Source: Eledone cirrhosa (lineage: Eukaryota). Taken from it: 64,000 nt of DNA. This document shows, piece by piece, positions 59,251-64,000 of the stretch. A program made the position numbers and the translations under genes. Below the pieces are notes generated by a model that was not told the DNA's origin, ran no database searches, and saw only the letters and a program-made list of their open reading frames with translations. Every line of letters begins with the position of its first letter. Position 1 is the stretch's first letter. The stretch covers positions 316,510,001 through 316,574,000 of the forward strand of contig OZ024742.1 of the NCBI GenBank assembly GCA_964016885.1, in the 5' to 3' direction.

Positions 59251-61227
59251 TTACATTTTAAATTTATGTTTAAACGTTGAGTTCAATCTATGTCTGCAGC
59301 AACTGAATAAATTGTTCCTTAGGTTTAGGGAATTTTTGGTCTTTAATATAAAGAATATTTCCTCTATACAAAGATCACAATTTTCTGAAGAGGAGTTAAA
59401 AGGTGTAGCTTTTGAAATAATATTCCAAAGCAACGAATATTTAACGTTCTTTAATTTGAGGTCCCATAATAAACTAGATAGAGAAGTTGAAAATTTTTTG
59501 TTTGGATTTGTAAAATAATTTTTATGATTATTGAAACGTGATTTACACATAATTAAATGAATTTAAATTAGTTTTTACATTACAATTATATACTATATTT
59601 TTAGCTAAGCAATTGTTATTTAACGGACAGTTAGATTTATTTCTACAGTTACATTTATCGAATTGGATATTGCTTGGGTTATTAGTGGTATTTTGGTTAG
59701 GTTTTAAATTTCTATTATTAATTCTATTAATATTTTGCGCTAAACTTTTGGTGGGTGAATAATTTAATTTATTGTATGTCTATTAAAAATTGAATAATAT
59801 CTATGTGTTCTAGGGAAGCATTTGTCAAGAGCTTTAAAGAATAGTTTAGCAATAGGGGTTTTAATATTTAATGAGAAAGGAGGAGCGAACCATAATATAT
59901 TCCTAGTTCTATTTCTTTTTTTGTTTTCCGAATTATTGTAAGGTATTCTATTATAGTTGTTAAAATTGTTAAAATAGTTAAAATTGTTAAGATTATGGTT
60001 AGTTGTTATATTATTATTATTAATGTATTTAATTTTATTTCTATACTCAGCTCTACCTAACGATTCATTATAATAATGCGCTTTATCATCAAATATATTC
60101 TTATTAGCTGAAATTATAGAAATGCGTTGCTGTACAGAATTCACTATAGTATTTTTAACGGATCTGGGGTGATTAGAGTTAAAATTAACGTAGTTTAAGT
60201 TCTCGTTTAGTTTGTGAAATGGATAATGAAGACATAGGTTAAGGTTTAATGTTACATCTAGAAAGTTAACTATTTTATGGTTATTCTCTATTTCTACTTT
60301 TAGATTAATGTAATTAAAAAATTGTATAATTTCTTTTCTTTTCCTATTTAATTCACAGTTATTATTTTCGATAAGTAAAGACATGTCGTCACGATAGAAA
60401 CCTCCGGTCATCTCAGGTATTTTCCTATGTAGAGAATTATTTATAAAGAAGCCCACAAGATCCGTTACCTGAGCGGAAACGGATGATCCCATAGTTATAT
60501 CAAAGTTATTATTTCTATCTGCTCTAGTCCAGAGTTGGTTATTAAATTCTATTAATATTTTCCGTGCCGATAATATAATGTGCATTTCATTACCAGTTAA
60601 GTCTGTATGTTTAAATGCGTAAGTTAGTGCTTTATTAAGTAGATTAGGAGTGATGGATGAGCAATAATTAGCAATATCCAATTGAATAAACTTATTATTA
60701 TAGTTATATTTAATTTCCTTAAACCAATCGATAACTTCACTAGTTCCTTTCCATAACTTTAAATAAGATAATTTCTTAATTTGTGGTATTACTCTGTCTA
60801 AAATGTTCTTGCTAAGTCTGCCAAGGTCCGATTTAGATGGTGCAATTAATCTGACTGGTAAATCAGTTTCAAAGTTCTTTTTGTGATCCTTCATATTAAT
60901 TTTAGTTTTCCTTGGCATGAAGGGTTGTGTCTTATTTTCAATGCCTAGTTCATGCATTATATAAGAGGCATCTGTATTCAATTTTTCAAGGTCGTCATTA
61001 TTTGTTACTTTGTATTTCTTCCTTAATTCCTTTAATATAAGATCGTTATAAATGTCCTTTTGTATTCCGTAAAGATTATTGGTTTTGTCCGACTTGACTA
61101 GAATTTTCTCCGTTTTCTCCAAGTTTTCAATATTATTTTTAATATTTCGTAAGTAATCCTGGCCTTTGAAGTTGTTTTTGAATTTGATGCTTTGTATGAT
61201 AGATATGATTTCATTTTCAAAATCCAT
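59251..61227 (-). pseudogene. Penelope-like RT + GIY-YIG, disrupted
   Basis: KSDKT, MKDHK, VRLIAP, LDIANYCSSI, MGSSVSAQVTDLVG, FYRDD, VNFLDV and ILWFAPPFS, then a frameshifted CNCRNKSNCPLNNNC...CDLCIEE..CCRH. Confidence 0.9.
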
Positions 61228-61406
61228 TAGTAGTTTCTCCGTAACACAACGGCTTATTTAAATCTATTCTGATTTTAAAATATCCAATACTAATTTAAAT
61301 AATAGTATAAATAAATTTATAACCCCACTATCCGGGAGCTTCCAACAGTAATGGTTGCATTCTTTAAGGATATGTCAATATTTATTTATAAAACTGCTCT
61401 ATATTA

Positions 61407-61471
61407 TATTTTATCTGATGAAAGCACACCATAATTTAACTTGGTGTCCTTGAAATATGTATAATGAAATA
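61407..61471 (+). ncRNA. Type I hammerhead ribozyme, family B
   Basis: UAUUUUAU-CUGAUGA-[stem II]-GAAA-UAUGUA-UA|AUGAAAUA. The mirror copy at ~57465-57517 lacks stem III and the cleavage site. Confidence 0.78.
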
Positions 61472-61522
61472 AATATGGTTTTATAAATATAGTTTCCATT
61501 TGTTAATATCGTATATATATAT

Positions 61523-61639
<117 letters not shown>

Positions 61640-61674
61640 TAAACGGAATAGAAAATGCTGACAAATTGTTCACA

Positions 61675-61709
<35 letters not shown>

Positions 61710-61744
61710 TATAAATATATATGAATATATATATATATATATCT

Positions 61745-62482
61745 ATCTAACGCGGGTAATATTCCCGAGATCCATGGACGAGTTCTCTCCAGCAGTCTCT
61801 GTCCCTCATTATCGCTGCCATGTCCTGTATCTCCAACAGACCAGTGTCTGTCCTTAGGGCATCAACATAGGTTAACCTTGGTCTTCCACTTCTAGTGTGT
61901 CCATGTAGGGGCTCCCAAAGGAGTACTGTGTGCAATGTCAACTCTGGATGTCGGTGAGCATGTCCAGCCAACCTCAGTCTCCTCTGTGTCACTTTTGAGC
62001 TGACTTTTGGGATGCTCCCATACAGCTCTGAGTTTTTCATCCTCAGTGTATACTGATTAATGTTCAGAGCCATCCTCAGCATTCTCGTGTAGCACCCATC
62101 CACCATCTGAGTGAGTTTCTTGGTCAGTGTCCAAGTCTCAGACCCATACAGCAGCACAGACTCCACTACAGCAATGAAGAGGCGGATTTTCAGGTCTCTA
62201 CGAAGGTCCGACTTCCACACCGATCTCAAGCTGTGGCACGCCGCCCAGGCCTTGCTCTTCCTCTAAACCACATCATCTTCCGTATTCCCAATCTTTGCAC
62301 CCAAATAAAGGAAGTCCTCAACCAATTCCAGCGGCTTCCCGCCTACATTAGTGATCCCCTCTGGCCTCTCAACATTCTCTACCAGATATTTTGTTTTAGT
62401 CTCATTCATTCTCAGCCCCACACTCAGCGACACAGTCGCAACCTCCCGCTTCAAATCCTCTGCCCCCTTCACTGTATTTGTC
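61745..62482 (-). mobile_element. RTE-clade LINE 3' fragment
   Basis: [57 protein letters not shown] and RDCWR motifs. Confidence 0.9.
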
Positions 62483-63487
<1,005 letters not shown>

Positions 63488-64000
63488 GGGGTAACAAATA
63501 ATAGTTATATCCAGTCCCCTTAGGTGTAGTCCAGTTATGGTATTCCGGGTAGTGGATGATATCAACGCTAGGCTTGGTTTGACTCAACAAGGCGTATTCA
63601 TAGTGATGTTGCGAGTACGCTGTAATTCCTATGTTGTAAACACTTGGAGTAATAATAAATCAGGAAAGAAGATGGACATGGTTTGCAATACAAAAAAGGT
63701 TTTTAATCTCATTGCTGACAATTGTTTCTCTGAACTGGTAGGTCTAGAGATCGCTATTCGCTTGTTTCACGTTACTCGATCGCCAATACAAAATTATAAC
63801 CGGTCAGTTCTTCGGAGCATGCGAGAATGAAGAGAATATACAGGCATGAATGGAATATACAGGCTACTATATGAAGTAGTAATGCCATTCAGTTAGAACA
63901 ATAACAACAATTACAACAATGCTAGTAATACATTATTTGAGGAGACCCTGACATTACATTAGGTGGGGGGTATAGTGTATCTAAGATTTCGGCGTGTAAA

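Larger units (their letters stand above)
57425..61513 (-). mobile_element. Penelope-like element (Naiad-like, pLTR family B) with inverted terminus
   Basis: RT ORF 59764-61227 and GIY-YIG remnant ~59251-59660. 57425-57690 is inverted at 61234-61513. Confidence 0.92.

Overview
AT-rich eukaryotic DNA packed with microsatellites and made almost entirely of mobile elements. I found no host gene exon, rRNA or bona fide tRNA gene. The tRNA-derived SINE family and the very long (TA)n/(CA)n tracts suggest an octopus-like cephalopod; this is an inference. The window holds an internally deleted mariner, a probable non-autonomous Helitron carrying GC-rich minisatellites, a near full-length but disabled Tx1-clade LINE plus a truncated copy in a (TATC)n tract, RTE fragments, several SINEs and at least seven Penelope-like (RT + GIY-YIG) retroelements. 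The main signal is RNA structure. A 6.8-copy array of near-identical 312-bp units (19519-21650) carries an apparently complete minimal type I hammerhead ribozyme in each unit, inside a highly base-paired monomer, as expected for a retrozyme or circular-RNA-type element. More than a dozen further hammerhead motifs, in about six sequence families, sit at Penelope termini and in fold-back palindromes. About a dozen long inverted duplications suggest snap-back or template-switching reverse transcription. All coordinates and structures were read by eye; no folding software or database search was run.
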